Position numbers and translations under genes: made by a program. Under the pieces are notes generated by a model. The model saw only the letters and a list, made by a program, of their open reading frames with translations, ran no database searches and was not told where the DNA came from. From IMG/VR virus record IMGVR_UViG_3300044858_003398: DNA of 64,000 nucleotides; one strand, 5' to 3'. Source of the DNA: a virus. Below are positions 19,684 to 27,624 of the stretch, one piece after another (the stretch's first letter is position 1; every line of letters begins with the position of its first letter).

Positions 19684-20970
19684 ATGAAGTACGTTAAAAT
19701 CGTTAGCAAGTCCGTTACAACTCCGGAAGACATGTTCACTCTTGGTGTTAGCACCTCTCGTGGCAAGGCAGACAAAATTGGTCAGTTCGGATCGGGGACC
19801 TTACTCGGGACCCTTGCGTGGATGCGAGCCTATGGTACGTCCCCGATCTTCATGATCAATGGGAAGAAAGTAGTCTTTGAGACGAAAGAGATTCTCAAGT
19901 CTGACGGGGAACCCTTTAAGCAGGTTCTCATGTGTCATAGTCGCAAGAAAGCCCCACTCAACGTTGCGTTGGAATATGGTACGCTCGATTGGCCTACTGC
20001 CTGCCTCGGATTGCGAGAATGGATCTCTAACGCGATTGATGGTTCAAAGGAAGGAACCGATCCTAGTACTCTGATCACATTGACGAATAAGATTGAAGCG
20101 TCTGACGATGAGGTCGCGGTCTTCGTTCCCTATACCGATCTCGCGAAGGAATACTTCGACAACATCGGCAAATACTTCCTGCATTTCGTAGGGAAGCAGG
20201 AGAACAAAGTTGTCGAGAAAGACACTGTCTCGAAGTGCCGAATCTATCGGAAGGGTGTTTTCATTCGGGAACTCAAGGAAGATTCCCTGTTTGATTACAA
20301 CATGAACTTCGACATCAACGAGTGTCGCACGGGTAGCTCTGATTCCTTGCTCAATAGCATTGAGTACCATATCACCTACTACGAGCAGGATACGACAAAA
20401 CTCCGACAGATCCGAGATGCGGTTCTGGCAAATCTGGACTTAGTTGAGACCGGCAAAACATACCACTCTCTGAGTGATTCATTCACTGAAGTTTGGCGAG
20501 AACTCATTGGCAAGGTGGGATTGTGCCCGTCGAACTTCACGGTGGCAAACTGCACAGCCATCGCCCCGATCTGGCACAAATCTGTCATCAAGGCTGTTCC
20601 AGAATTGGATGGTCTGAAGGAAGTCTGCGAAGCAGAGATTAAGGGGTTTCTAATCTCGCCACCTAGTGAGGCAGTGCTGAAGCACTATCACAACATCTGC
20701 GAATTGATTGAGACGGTCGGACTTTCTGGTGGAATGAGTCGGCCAAAGCTGATTATGTACAACACAAAGGACAATTGCCATCCGGGATTCCTCGGGTTGT
20801 ACAGTACGGGCAAACAGGAAGTTATGCTCTGGGAAAAGAACAAGAAACTGAGCGAGACTATGGTGCATGAACTTGCTCACCACTACACTCGTGGGGCAGA
20901 TGACTACACTTCAGAGTTTGCCAAGTTTGGACATGATCTGGTTGCTGCGATTGTCAACCAACTGATGTGA
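19684..20970 (+). CDS. GHKL-ATPase-like domain fused to an HExxH zinc metallopeptidase
   Basis: IGQFGSG and LREWISNAID GHKL motifs; C-terminal TMVHELAHH. Confidence 0.6.
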   Translation: MKYVKIVSKSVTTPEDMFTLGVSTSRGKADKIGQFGSGTLLGTLAWMRAYGTSPIFMINGKKVVFETKEILKSDGEPFKQVLMCHSRKKAPLNVALEYGTLDWPTACLGLREWISNAIDGSKEGTDPSTLITLTNKIEASDDEVAVFVPYTDLAKEYFDNIGKYFLHFVGKQENKVVEKDTVSKCRIYRKGVFIRELKEDSLFDYNMNFDINECRTGSSDSLLNSIEYHITYYEQDTTKLRQIRDAVLANLDLVETGKTYHSLSDSFTEVWRELIGKVGLCPSNFTVANCTAIAPIWHKSVIKAVPELDGLKEVCEAEIKGFLISPPSEAVLKHYHNICELIETVGLSGGMSRPKLIMYNTKDNCHPGFLGLYSTGKQEVMLWEKNKKLSETMVHELAHHYTRGADDYTSEFAKFGHDLVAAIVNQLM

Positions 20971-21042
20971 GGCTAAAGCCTCGAATATGGTGGCTAGGGT
21001 TCAGGGGTGTCCCCTAGCCGCCCTGAGGGGTGGGGTCGAAAG

Positions 21043-21094
21043 GCCCTGCCCCTCCCCTTTCTTCCCGCTCGTCCCGGCCACTTGTGGCGGGACG
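21043..21094 (+). repeat. module-boundary element copy 10 (loop variant, upstream box displaced)
   Basis: GCT-CGTCCC-GGCCACTTGTGGC-GGGACG. Confidence 0.8.
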
Positions 21095-21119
21095 CACTAC
21101 TCGACACACTGAGACAACC

Positions 21120-21290
21120 ATGTACGAAGTCAAGCCTATCAACTCTGTCTTTGGCATTGTCAACATCTATGGTGATTTTATCACCAATGAGAATGGCATC
21201 ATGATCTTTGAAACAGAGCTTGACGCCCAGACTTTCTGTGATAGAATTAACGTGTGCAGTGATGGTGGTATCATCACTAATTTCATCTAG
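21120..21290 (+). CDS. hypothetical protein
   Basis: ATG after the repeat. Confidence 0.55.
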   Translation: MYEVKPINSVFGIVNIYGDFITNENGIMIFETELDAQTFCDRINVCSDGGIITNFI

Positions 21291-21299
21291 GACAAAGCC

Positions 21300-21584
21300 A
21301 TGTATCGTGCAGATTTTGAAGAATCAATCGATTTTGACCAAATCCTCCTGTTTGAGGTTAAAGAGACACGGTATCTCTACAGGTTTAGTCACTACGAGTG
21401 CTATCACTACTTCCGCAATGGAGTAGAAATTGCATACTTCATTCCATGCATGGATCGTGGGCTAGTGTTTGAAACTCCCAGAATCTGGCATGAATCTTTC
21501 AAATCTCATCCGAGTATGAGAGATCTTAATTACAGAAAGGATGATTGTGGACTGCAAACGACTACAGATTTACCGCCATCGTGA
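21300..21584 (+). CDS. hypothetical protein
   Basis: start preceded by GGACAAAGCC. Confidence 0.55.
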   Translation: MYRADFEESIDFDQILLFEVKETRYLYRFSHYECYHYFRNGVEIAYFIPCMDRGLVFETPRIWHESFKSHPSMRDLNYRKDDCGLQTTTDLPPS

Positions 21585-21744
21585 CATGATGGCAATTCAG
21601 GGGGAAGGATTCCCCACGATCTATCTGAACGCTGCCATGTGTCACATGTTGGCCAAGAACCTTCAGGATGGAGTCGTGAGTTTGCTCAGCGACAAGGAAT
21701 TCTCAAAGAGCAATTTTCCAGATACGACCTTGCAAGCGAACTAA
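21541..21744 (+). CDS. hypothetical protein
   Basis: ORF track. Confidence 0.5.
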   Translation: MIVDCKRLQIYRHRDMMAIQGEGFPTIYLNAAMCHMLAKNLQDGVVSLLSDKEFSKSNFPDTTLQAN

Positions 21745-21806
21745 AGTTCGCTATAATGGGCTCACAAATTCACCTGTTTCATTTTTAACCCCTAAGAGGC
21801 GAAGCC

Positions 21807-22100
21807 ATGCAGTACGTTTCACGAGCCGAACTCATCGAAAAGATCAAAGCCACCAATGGGACCATTTTCAGCGTCCTGTTCCTCAAGAGTCGTAGCAACA
21901 ACGAACCCCGCCGCATGAATTGCATGCTGAACGTGAAGAAGCACCTTACAGGTACGGGGAAGGCCGCTCCTGAGTCCGCCAAAGTTATTACAGTCTATGA
22001 CCTCGTCAACAAGGGCTATCGCTCCATTGCCCACGAGGGGCTGATTCAAGCCCAAATCGGTAAAGAGGTGTATGAGGTCCGAGAATTGGTGGCGAAGTAA
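21807..22100 (+). CDS. SH3/WYL-like beta-barrel protein
   Basis: FSVLFLK...R.M.C....VYDL..KGYRS pattern; own promoter 21730-21757. Confidence 0.55.
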   Translation: MQYVSRAELIEKIKATNGTIFSVLFLKSRSNNEPRRMNCMLNVKKHLTGTGKAAPESAKVITVYDLVNKGYRSIAHEGLIQAQIGKEVYEVRELVAK

Positions 22101-22115
22101 GTTCCATAGGAACTT

Positions 22116-22188
22116 GGGTAGTGTCCTCGACGGTTTTGAGGACGGTCCTTATAAGGCCGCACACATGGTTCGATTCCATGACTGCCCA
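22116..22188 (+). tRNA. tRNA-Ile (UAU)
   Basis: acceptor GGGTAGT/ACTGCCC, anticodon arm CGGTC-CTTATAA-GGCCG, T arm CATGG-TTCGATT-CCATG. Confidence 0.8.
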
Positions 22189-22189
22189 C

Positions 22190-22217
22190 TTGACAGCAAC
22201 ATATTTGTTGCTATAAT
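22190..22217 (+). promoter_or_regulatory. sigma70 promoter for the RNA cluster, palindromic spacer
   Basis: TTGACA-16-TATAAT, AGCAACA/TGTTGCT. Confidence 0.8.
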
Positions 22218-22292
22218 TCAAATCCCGCCCTGATTCATCAGGTGGTGTAAATAAGCACACAAGTGTTCACTCACTAGGAGTGCGGGATTTTC

Positions 22293-22364
22293 GGCCCATT
22301 AGTTGTGAAGTCATGACGTCGCACTTTCACTGCGAAGGAGCGGGAGCATTACCCGCATGGGTCA
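22293..22364 (+). tRNA. tRNA-Glu (UUC), atypical T loop
   Basis: GGCCCAT/ATGGGTC acceptor, TCGCA-CTTTCAC-TGCGA, T loop AGCATTA. Confidence 0.7.
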
Positions 22365-22430
22365 TTTGAGGTCGCGGCTCGATAGGTTCATGGGGTTCAT
22401 TCCAGCAGACCTATCGGGCGGGCCTCGTTT

Positions 22431-22521
22431 TAAGCCAGCCTATTACATTGGTTCGAATCCAATACACTTCGTGTTCGTCTAGTGGTCAGGACGATAGGTA
22501 TTTTCAATTTTCAGAAGGCTT
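22431..22521 (+). ncRNA. circularly permuted tRNA mimic (YrlA/Y-RNA-like)
   Basis: T arm precedes D arm, acceptor closed by ACAC-TTC-GTGT, CCTAT/ATAGG and AAGCC/GGCTT closing stems. Confidence 0.7.
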
Positions 22522-22527
22522 TAGCCC

Positions 22528-22794
22528 ATGTTTCAATTGGTCAAATTCTCCTGTGATTGTGTCGGAACTGCCCCAATCGGTGGGGTCACAACAATGGTTA
22601 AAAGTTGCGATGGAGAAGGCAATCTTTCCTTCTACCAGCGAAAAGTTGAGAACAAGAGTTTCCGCCCGCTCTCCTCTGAAGAAACTGAGGAATTCCGCTC
22701 AGAGCTTGAAAAGCTCATCTTGGATGGATACAATATGAAGGCCATGAGGTCGGTCCTAGGCGTTCAAACACAACTTAAGAAACTACTGGAGTAA
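22528..22794 (+). CDS. hypothetical protein
   Basis: ORF track. Confidence 0.6.
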   Translation: MFQLVKFSCDCVGTAPIGGVTTMVKSCDGEGNLSFYQRKVENKSFRPLSSEETEEFRSELEKLILDGYNMKAMRSVLGVQTQLKKLLE

Positions 22795-22799
22795 GTCAT

Positions 22800-22851
22800 G
22801 GGCTGAAAGGCCCCTTTCCTCCTGTTCTAGCCGTCCACTTGTGGCGGCTAG
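22800..22851 (+). repeat. module-boundary element copy 11
   Basis: GGGCTGA-N17-GTT-CTAGCC-GTCCACTTGTGGC-GGCTAG. Confidence 0.9.
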
Positions 22852-22876
22852 CACATAACACCCAACTGAGACCACC

Positions 22877-23041
22877 ATGAGATCAATCAAAGTCTACTTC
22901 TCTAACGGCGATCATCTGTTCACCAACATCAATGGTACGAATGATCACATCCTCGCTTACTACATCGGGAAAGAATTCAATCTCGGGAATGGTGAGCATG
23001 ATCTGATGGCAATTGCCACAAAGGTTGAGTTTCTAGATTGA
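22877..23041 (+). CDS. hypothetical protein (54 aa)
   Basis: read from sequence: MRSIKVYFSNGD...VEFLD. Confidence 0.55.
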   Translation: MRSIKVYFSNGDHLFTNINGTNDHILAYYIGKEFNLGNGEHDLMAIATKVEFLD

Positions 23042-23263
23042 CTTTCCTTTTACTGATGGTATAATTTTACTATGAGCAGCAAAATAAAGTACCATACCCA
23101 CTATGACGTATTTGCCAGACTCTATCGTTTGACGTTATTGGGTGGTGAATTTGCCAATTGTCATGGACAGGGGCCAACGATAGAACAGGCTGAGATCAGT
23201 CTCAGGCTGACTATCAATGCGTTGCGAAAAAGGTCTTGACTTCTCTTTTACTGATGGTATAAT
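23038..23263 (+). promoter_or_regulatory. two near-identical sigma70 promoters carrying the 13-bp box (or a near copy) in the spacer
   Basis: TTGACT-16-TATAAT at 23038-23065 and 23236-23263. Confidence 0.75.
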
Positions 23264-23269
23264 AACCCC

Positions 23270-23473
23270 ATGAAACCAACACCAGAACAAGTAGAATCAC
23301 TAGCAAACTTGGTAGTCGAGTCAATGACACTCGAACAACTTCAGCAATTTGTCTTCGACGACATATATTCCATCATGCTGGAAGATGATGATTGTTTCGA
23401 GTCAAATCTAGAAATGTTGAAAATCTCAGTCGATGACTTAGTTATCGATCCAATTCCATTGATGCCACTATAA
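23270..23473 (+). CDS. hypothetical protein (probably leaderless)
   Basis: ATG 7 nt after the -10 box. Confidence 0.6.
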   Translation: MKPTPEQVESLANLVVESMTLEQLQQFVFDDIYSIMLEDDDCFESNLEMLKISVDDLVIDPIPLMPL

Positions 23474-23640
23474 TTCCCGGCGTCAGTCGGGTGACACACA
23501 GGGGGCATTAAACAGCCTAGGGGCCTATCGGCTAATCTTCAAACGTCCCAACGTGCGAAGTACCTAACACAAGCTTGAAAAGCTTAAATACCCTGTGTGG
23601 CTTATTTTATAAACCACACTGAAAAACTAAGGGGACTAAA

Positions 23641-23877
23641 ATGGTTGGCGTAGACGAAGTTGTTGTTGAGTTCTCGGGCTGGTGCCGAATTCCTGCCAGA
23701 AAGATTAAGTTCCAGTATACTGGAGAGAATGAATCCATTCCTGAGATTATCTCAGGAGAAGAGTATATTAAGCTCTCAGTAACAGAACGACAGGACTACA
23801 TCGCAGAAAGCATCTGTGATGCAATGAGAGACTCCGACGATCTTGAGTGGTCCGATATTCAGATCGTTGCTGATTAA
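23641..23877 (+). CDS. hypothetical protein
   Basis: AGGGG RBS. Confidence 0.6.
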   Translation: MVGVDEVVVEFSGWCRIPARKIKFQYTGENESIPEIISGEEYIKLSVTERQDYIAESICDAMRDSDDLEWSDIQIVAD

Positions 23878-23885
23878 AACACCAC

Positions 23886-24020
23886 GCCCACTTAGTTTAT
23901 CTGGCGAAAACACGCCTGTCAGTCAACCGAATACGTGGGTTAACACGCGGATAGGGTCACGGAGTAATTAACCGCTGATAGCTGACGACCGAGAACGGGG
24001 TTCGAAGCCCTGAGTGGGCT
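23886..24020 (+). ncRNA. tRNA shell with a branched domain in place of the anticodon arm
   Basis: GCCCACT/AGTGGGC acceptor, intact D arm and T arm, ~80-nt insert. Confidence 0.65.
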
Positions 24021-24027
24021 ACTTACA

Positions 24028-24087
24028 TGCAGAGTGGAAGGGGGAGAAATCCCCCTTGTAATGCGACTTTCCGGTCACAAGTCCGGA
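24028..24087 (+). ncRNA. twister ribozyme, type P5 permutation
   Basis: P2 TGCA/TGCG, L1 GAGTG and TAA, P1 AAGGGGG/CCCCCTT, P4 TCCGG-TCACAAGT-CCGGA, both pseudoknots supported (GTG/CAC, AC/GT). Confidence 0.75.
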
Positions 24088-24093
24088 CACTTT

Positions 24094-24120
24094 GAGCCTA
24101 GCAATTGCTAGGCTCTTTTT
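24094..24120 (+). terminator. intrinsic terminator
   Basis: GAGCCTAGC/GCTAGGCTC + TTTTT. Confidence 0.8.
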
Positions 24121-24126
24121 GTTGGT

Positions 24127-24178
24127 GGGCTGAAAGACCTCTGCCTTCCTGTTACACCCGGCCACTTGTGGCGGGTGT
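24127..24178 (+). repeat. module-boundary element copy 12
   Basis: GGGCTGA-N17-GTT-ACACCC-GGCCACTTGTGGC-GGGTGT. Confidence 0.9.
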
Positions 24179-24291
24179 CACTTCAGTAACTTCCAAGCGA
24201 CTCAAATCGTGAGTTTTTCGCTTGACTCTTATTGATAGTGTGTTACAATGCACCAGTCAAGTCAATCACCCCTAGTTTACGGAGTAAACCT

Positions 24292-25041
24292 ATGAAGTTC
24301 TCACCAGCTAACGTCAAGATCAAGGCATTATCCGGCGTTCCTGCAATCGCCAAATACCTTCCCAAAGGCAAGAAAGTTTACAGTTTCGACATTCTTTCTG
24401 GACATTCGTGCCCGTTCGCGGATGAGTGCCTTTCGAAAGTTGTTGAGACTCCCGAAGGATTCCGCATTCAAGACGGTCCAAATACTGAATTCCGATGTTT
24501 TTCTGCTTCTCAGGAAGTCATTTTCACGAACGTGCGAAAACTACGTTCTGCAAATTTTGCAGAACTGAAAGGACTGACGACTGAACAAATGGCCAGCAAA
24601 TTGCTGGCGGCTATGCCGAAGAATTTAGGAGTCTGCCGGGTTCACGTTGCCGGGGATTTTTTCAATCAAAATTATTTCAATGCGTGGTTGGCTATCGCTC
24701 TTGCGAATCCTGACCGATTGTTTTACGCTTATACGAAAAGCCTGCCATATTGGGTGAATCAGATTGGTATCATTCCTGAGAATTTTGTGCTCACAGCTTC
24801 TCGCGGTGGTCGCAAGGATGATATGATCGACACCTATGGGCTTCGTTCTGTCAAGGTAGTTTTTCATCCGAGTGAAACAATTCTCGAAATTGACCACACG
24901 GATGAACACGCCGCAAACCCTGAAACTCGCAATCAGGATTTTGCTCTACTGATTCACGGAGTACAGCCGAAGGGATCTAACGCCGCAAAAGCTATTCGAA
25001 CTCTCAAATCCGAGAACGTGGAATTCTCATATTCCGCGTGA
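24292..25041 (+). CDS. gp88-like (radical-SAM-related) phage protein
   Basis: SCPFADECL...CF, RVHVAGDFF, FYAYTKS. Confidence 0.65.
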   Translation: MKFSPANVKIKALSGVPAIAKYLPKGKKVYSFDILSGHSCPFADECLSKVVETPEGFRIQDGPNTEFRCFSASQEVIFTNVRKLRSANFAELKGLTTEQMASKLLAAMPKNLGVCRVHVAGDFFNQNYFNAWLAIALANPDRLFYAYTKSLPYWVNQIGIIPENFVLTASRGGRKDDMIDTYGLRSVKVVFHPSETILEIDHTDEHAANPETRNQDFALLIHGVQPKGSNAAKAIRTLKSENVEFSYSA

Positions 25042-25159
25042 AAGGGGGTCGAATGAGATTGCTTTTCTGGCTCATGATTGTCCTGATTGCGGGAATGCTC
25101 AAAGGAATCCTAGGATATAAGGACGGGCGGTGAGTAAGGGGGAGGGAATACCTCCCCTC

Positions 25160-25210
25160 GGCTCGCCGGGCCTGAGCCTTCCTGTTCGTTCCGCCTGTCA
25201 TGGCGGAACG
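25160..25210 (+). repeat. module-boundary element copy 13 (divergent)
   Basis: CCTTCCTGTT-CGTTCC-GCCTGTCATGGC-GGAACG. Confidence 0.75.
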
Positions 25211-25315
25211 TGTTTCTGTGTCTTCTGTCTCAATCTTTTGCCTAATTGCTATTGACATTAGAAACATGTGTGATACAATGGGTGTATAAGAAACAACGAA
25301 CCAAAGGAGTCAACA

Positions 25316-25549
25316 GTGGAAATCAATTGGCCAGAGAATTCAAAATCAGAAATTTCCGCAAAGATTATCTCTGATGGAATCACAATTCGGCACACCGGAA
25401 CAGGATGTTACGATGGGGACTATGCTCCTATTGTCATCGAGTGGTATGATGGGGTTCCTCGTATCATCATCTGGGCAGACATCAACGATCAAGATCCGAC
25501 ACACATCATCGACATGAGCAAGGCTCTGGAGTCTAACCGCCATGAGTAA
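25316..25549 (+). CDS. hypothetical protein
   Basis: AAGGAG RBS, promoter 25252-25279. Confidence 0.65.
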   Translation: MEINWPENSKSEISAKIISDGITIRHTGTGCYDGDYAPIVIEWYDGVPRIIIWADINDQDPTHIIDMSKALESNRHE

Positions 25550-26015
25550 ACCGATTGCAAACAGCCATGAGGGCCAATTGGCCCTTCTCAATCCCGAGAA
25601 ACCTTGCCGGATCTACCGCAATCTCCACACCGGCCTCTGGTCAGTGAAACAGGGTGTAGTACGGTTTCATACCGACTGCATTTTTCTGAAAGACGCAACT
25701 TTTCTCGTTAATGAGAAAGTTCGGCAACGTGTAATTGCTAACAAGAGGAAAGAAGTTCACGCCTACGTACAGGGGTTCATCTGCGATCGTCCCGACTACT
25801 TCACAGTTGGTGTCGATTGTTACGAAGTGACCTACAATCCGTATAAGTGCCGACACTTCGTAACAGGTGACAGATTCGCCTTCTCTGCTGACATAGTTTG
25901 CCTGAACAAGCAGAGAGAAGGAAATGAATTCAAGATGCGAGTATTCGCATCAAACATATTGACAGAGGCTATCGCCTCTGATATGATTCAGTCAGTTCCA
26001 GTTCACATCCTCTAG
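25542..26015 (+). CDS. conserved phage hypothetical protein
   Basis: YRNLH..WSV...KEVHAYVQG...YNPY. Confidence 0.6.
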   Translation: MSKPIANSHEGQLALLNPEKPCRIYRNLHTGLWSVKQGVVRFHTDCIFLKDATFLVNEKVRQRVIANKRKEVHAYVQGFICDRPDYFTVGVDCYEVTYNPYKCRHFVTGDRFAFSADIVCLNKQREGNEFKMRVFASNILTEAIASDMIQSVPVHIL

Positions 26016-26025
26016 GGAATCTACC

Positions 26026-26535
26026 ATGCCAAACTGGTGCAACAACTATGTGGAATTCTCATGTTCAAGAGAACTCTACAACAAGTACAACATGGGAGCG
26101 TTTCAGTTCTCTAACCTGCTACCATGCCCACCTGAATTGCTGGAACGGTCAGCTCCGAATAGCGACGACCCAGAAGAAATGCGAGCAAAGTACGAACACC
26201 CAGACTGGTACGATTGGTGCGTATGCAGATGGGGCTGCAAATGGGATATTGAAGAAGCAACCCCATCTCTGGATGATTCCCATTCGTCAGAAGTTGTGTC
26301 TGGCTCAATCGCATTTGATACAGCGTGGTCGCCACCGATTGAACTCTACAGACATATGGAAAGTTTAGGCTTTCAGATTGATGCCATGTACTTCGAAGGT
26401 GGTATGGCGTTCTATGGGTTCTATCACGATGGTAGCGAAGACACCCAGAACTTTTCAAACTACGATGATATTCCCGAGAACGTAGCCACTACTTTCGGGA
26501 TTGATGAAGAGTGTTACGAAGAATGTGAAGACTAA
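26026..26535 (+). CDS. DUF1281/YubB-like ferredoxin-fold protein
   Basis: MPNWCNN, WYDW...WGCKWD, FDTAWSPP. Confidence 0.7.
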   Translation: MPNWCNNYVEFSCSRELYNKYNMGAFQFSNLLPCPPELLERSAPNSDDPEEMRAKYEHPDWYDWCVCRWGCKWDIEEATPSLDDSHSSEVVSGSIAFDTAWSPPIELYRHMESLGFQIDAMYFEGGMAFYGFYHDGSEDTQNFSNYDDIPENVATTFGIDEECYEECED

Positions 26536-26601
26536 TAGGTCTGGTATGTTCCAGACCGATTTTTTCGAAACCCGGCAAAGCCGGACAATAGGGGTAAAAT
26601 C

Positions 26602-26949
26602 ATGGTCACAGTTACAGAACTTCGCTCAGCTTACGCAGCCGCCGCCGCCAATGGTGAGACCAACGAACAGTTGGCCGCAACACTTGGAATCAAGCTAGCT
26701 TCGCTCCAACAGAACATCACAGCGGCCCGAAAAGATCTGCGGGAGATTGGCACCACTGAGGATGAACTCAAGCTTATCTTCCCTCCTCTCAAGCGTCGTA
26801 CCGGCCCACGCACCTCGAAGCGAGCCGAAGCATTGCTGGCGATGCGAGACGCGGCCCGATTGATTGCTGCTCCTGCGGAGCCGGAAGCTCCGACCGATTC
26901 CGAGGTCGAAGACCTCAGCGAACTCGAAGCATTGACCGCTCCCGTGTAG
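26602..26949 (+). CDS. putative HTH DNA-binding protein
   Basis: NEQLAATLGIKLASL HTH-like segment. Confidence 0.45.
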   Translation: MVTVTELRSAYAAAAANGETNEQLAATLGIKLASLQQNITAARKDLREIGTTEDELKLIFPPLKRRTGPRTSKRAEALLAMRDAARLIAAPAEPEAPTDSEVEDLSELEALTAPV

Positions 26950-27096
26950 TCCGATCCGAGGGGGCGGAAAGTTTCCGTCCCCTCTTGACTTTGGGACAAA
27001 GTCTCTTAAAATGGAGCGAGGGGTGCTGAATGCGTGTATTAAAGTTTGTGGCGATTTTGATCATTTTGTCGATGTTCAGAGGGATTTCGAGTTACA

Positions 27097-27282
27097 ATGA
27101 CGGCAGAAGTTAGCACAATTGATGGGGAAACTGAGGTAATTCGGGTACTTCGTGCTCGAATTGCCTCTCTTGAGACCGAGAATTCGTCACTAAAGGACGA
27201 TATTGCTGAGTTAGAGCGTGAAATGGAGTACATTTCGCGTGCAAAACACACAAAACGGAGACGTCAAGATGAGCTGGATTAA
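27097..27282 (+). CDS. hypothetical coiled-coil protein
   Basis: ORF track. Confidence 0.5.
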   Translation: MTAEVSTIDGETEVIRVLRARIASLETENSSLKDDIAELEREMEYISRAKHTKRRRQDELD

Positions 27283-27535
27283 GGCGGCAGAACGCGAAGA
27301 CGCCAAAGACAGAACTAAGATCCGATCAATGTTCGGGGTAACAGCACACGTCCCGATCATCGAAGACGAAAAATTCACAGAGCCGACACTAGACGGAACG
27401 TCTGGCGGCTGGTTCACTAAAGGTGGAACACCTATCGCTTACCCTTCAGCCTACTCGAAGAAGGGATTCAGCAATATGGTATACGAAGGATCATCTCTGA
27501 CGATCCGAGTCCCTAGAGGATTCAAAATACGATAG
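27269..27535 (+). CDS. hypothetical protein
   Basis: GGAG RBS, followed by a terminator. Confidence 0.55.
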   Translation: MSWIKAAEREDAKDRTKIRSMFGVTAHVPIIEDEKFTEPTLDGTSGGWFTKGGTPIAYPSAYSKKGFSNMVYEGSSLTIRVPRGFKIR

Positions 27536-27567
27536 AGGGGGGAGGGCGATTGCTCTCCCTCTTTTTT
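27536..27567 (+). terminator. intrinsic terminator
   Basis: G-rich/C-rich stem + T-run. Confidence 0.65.
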
Positions 27568-27572
27568 GTTCT

Positions 27573-27624
27573 GGGGTGACTGGGCTGTACTATGCAGTTC
27601 ATTCCGCCCGAAAGGGGCGGAATG
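27573..27624 (+). repeat. module-boundary element copy 14 (divergent)
   Basis: GGGGTGA-N17-GTT-CATTCC-GCCCGAAAGGGGC-GGAATG. Confidence 0.7.

Noticed and set aside
13205-27624. CRISPR array
   Set aside because: Intervening segments are 0.4-2.4 kb and contain genes; repeats vary by covariation; no cas genes.
13205-27624. Canonical integron attC array
   Set aside because: No paired RYYYAAC/GTTRRRY boxes (the GTT is not consistently paired) and no integrase in the window; only the analogy is kept.
13205-27624. Repeats as plain intrinsic terminators
   Set aside because: The covarying hairpin has no U-tract, and the upstream GC hairpin fails to pair in several copies while the GGGSYGA-N17-GTT spacing is retained.
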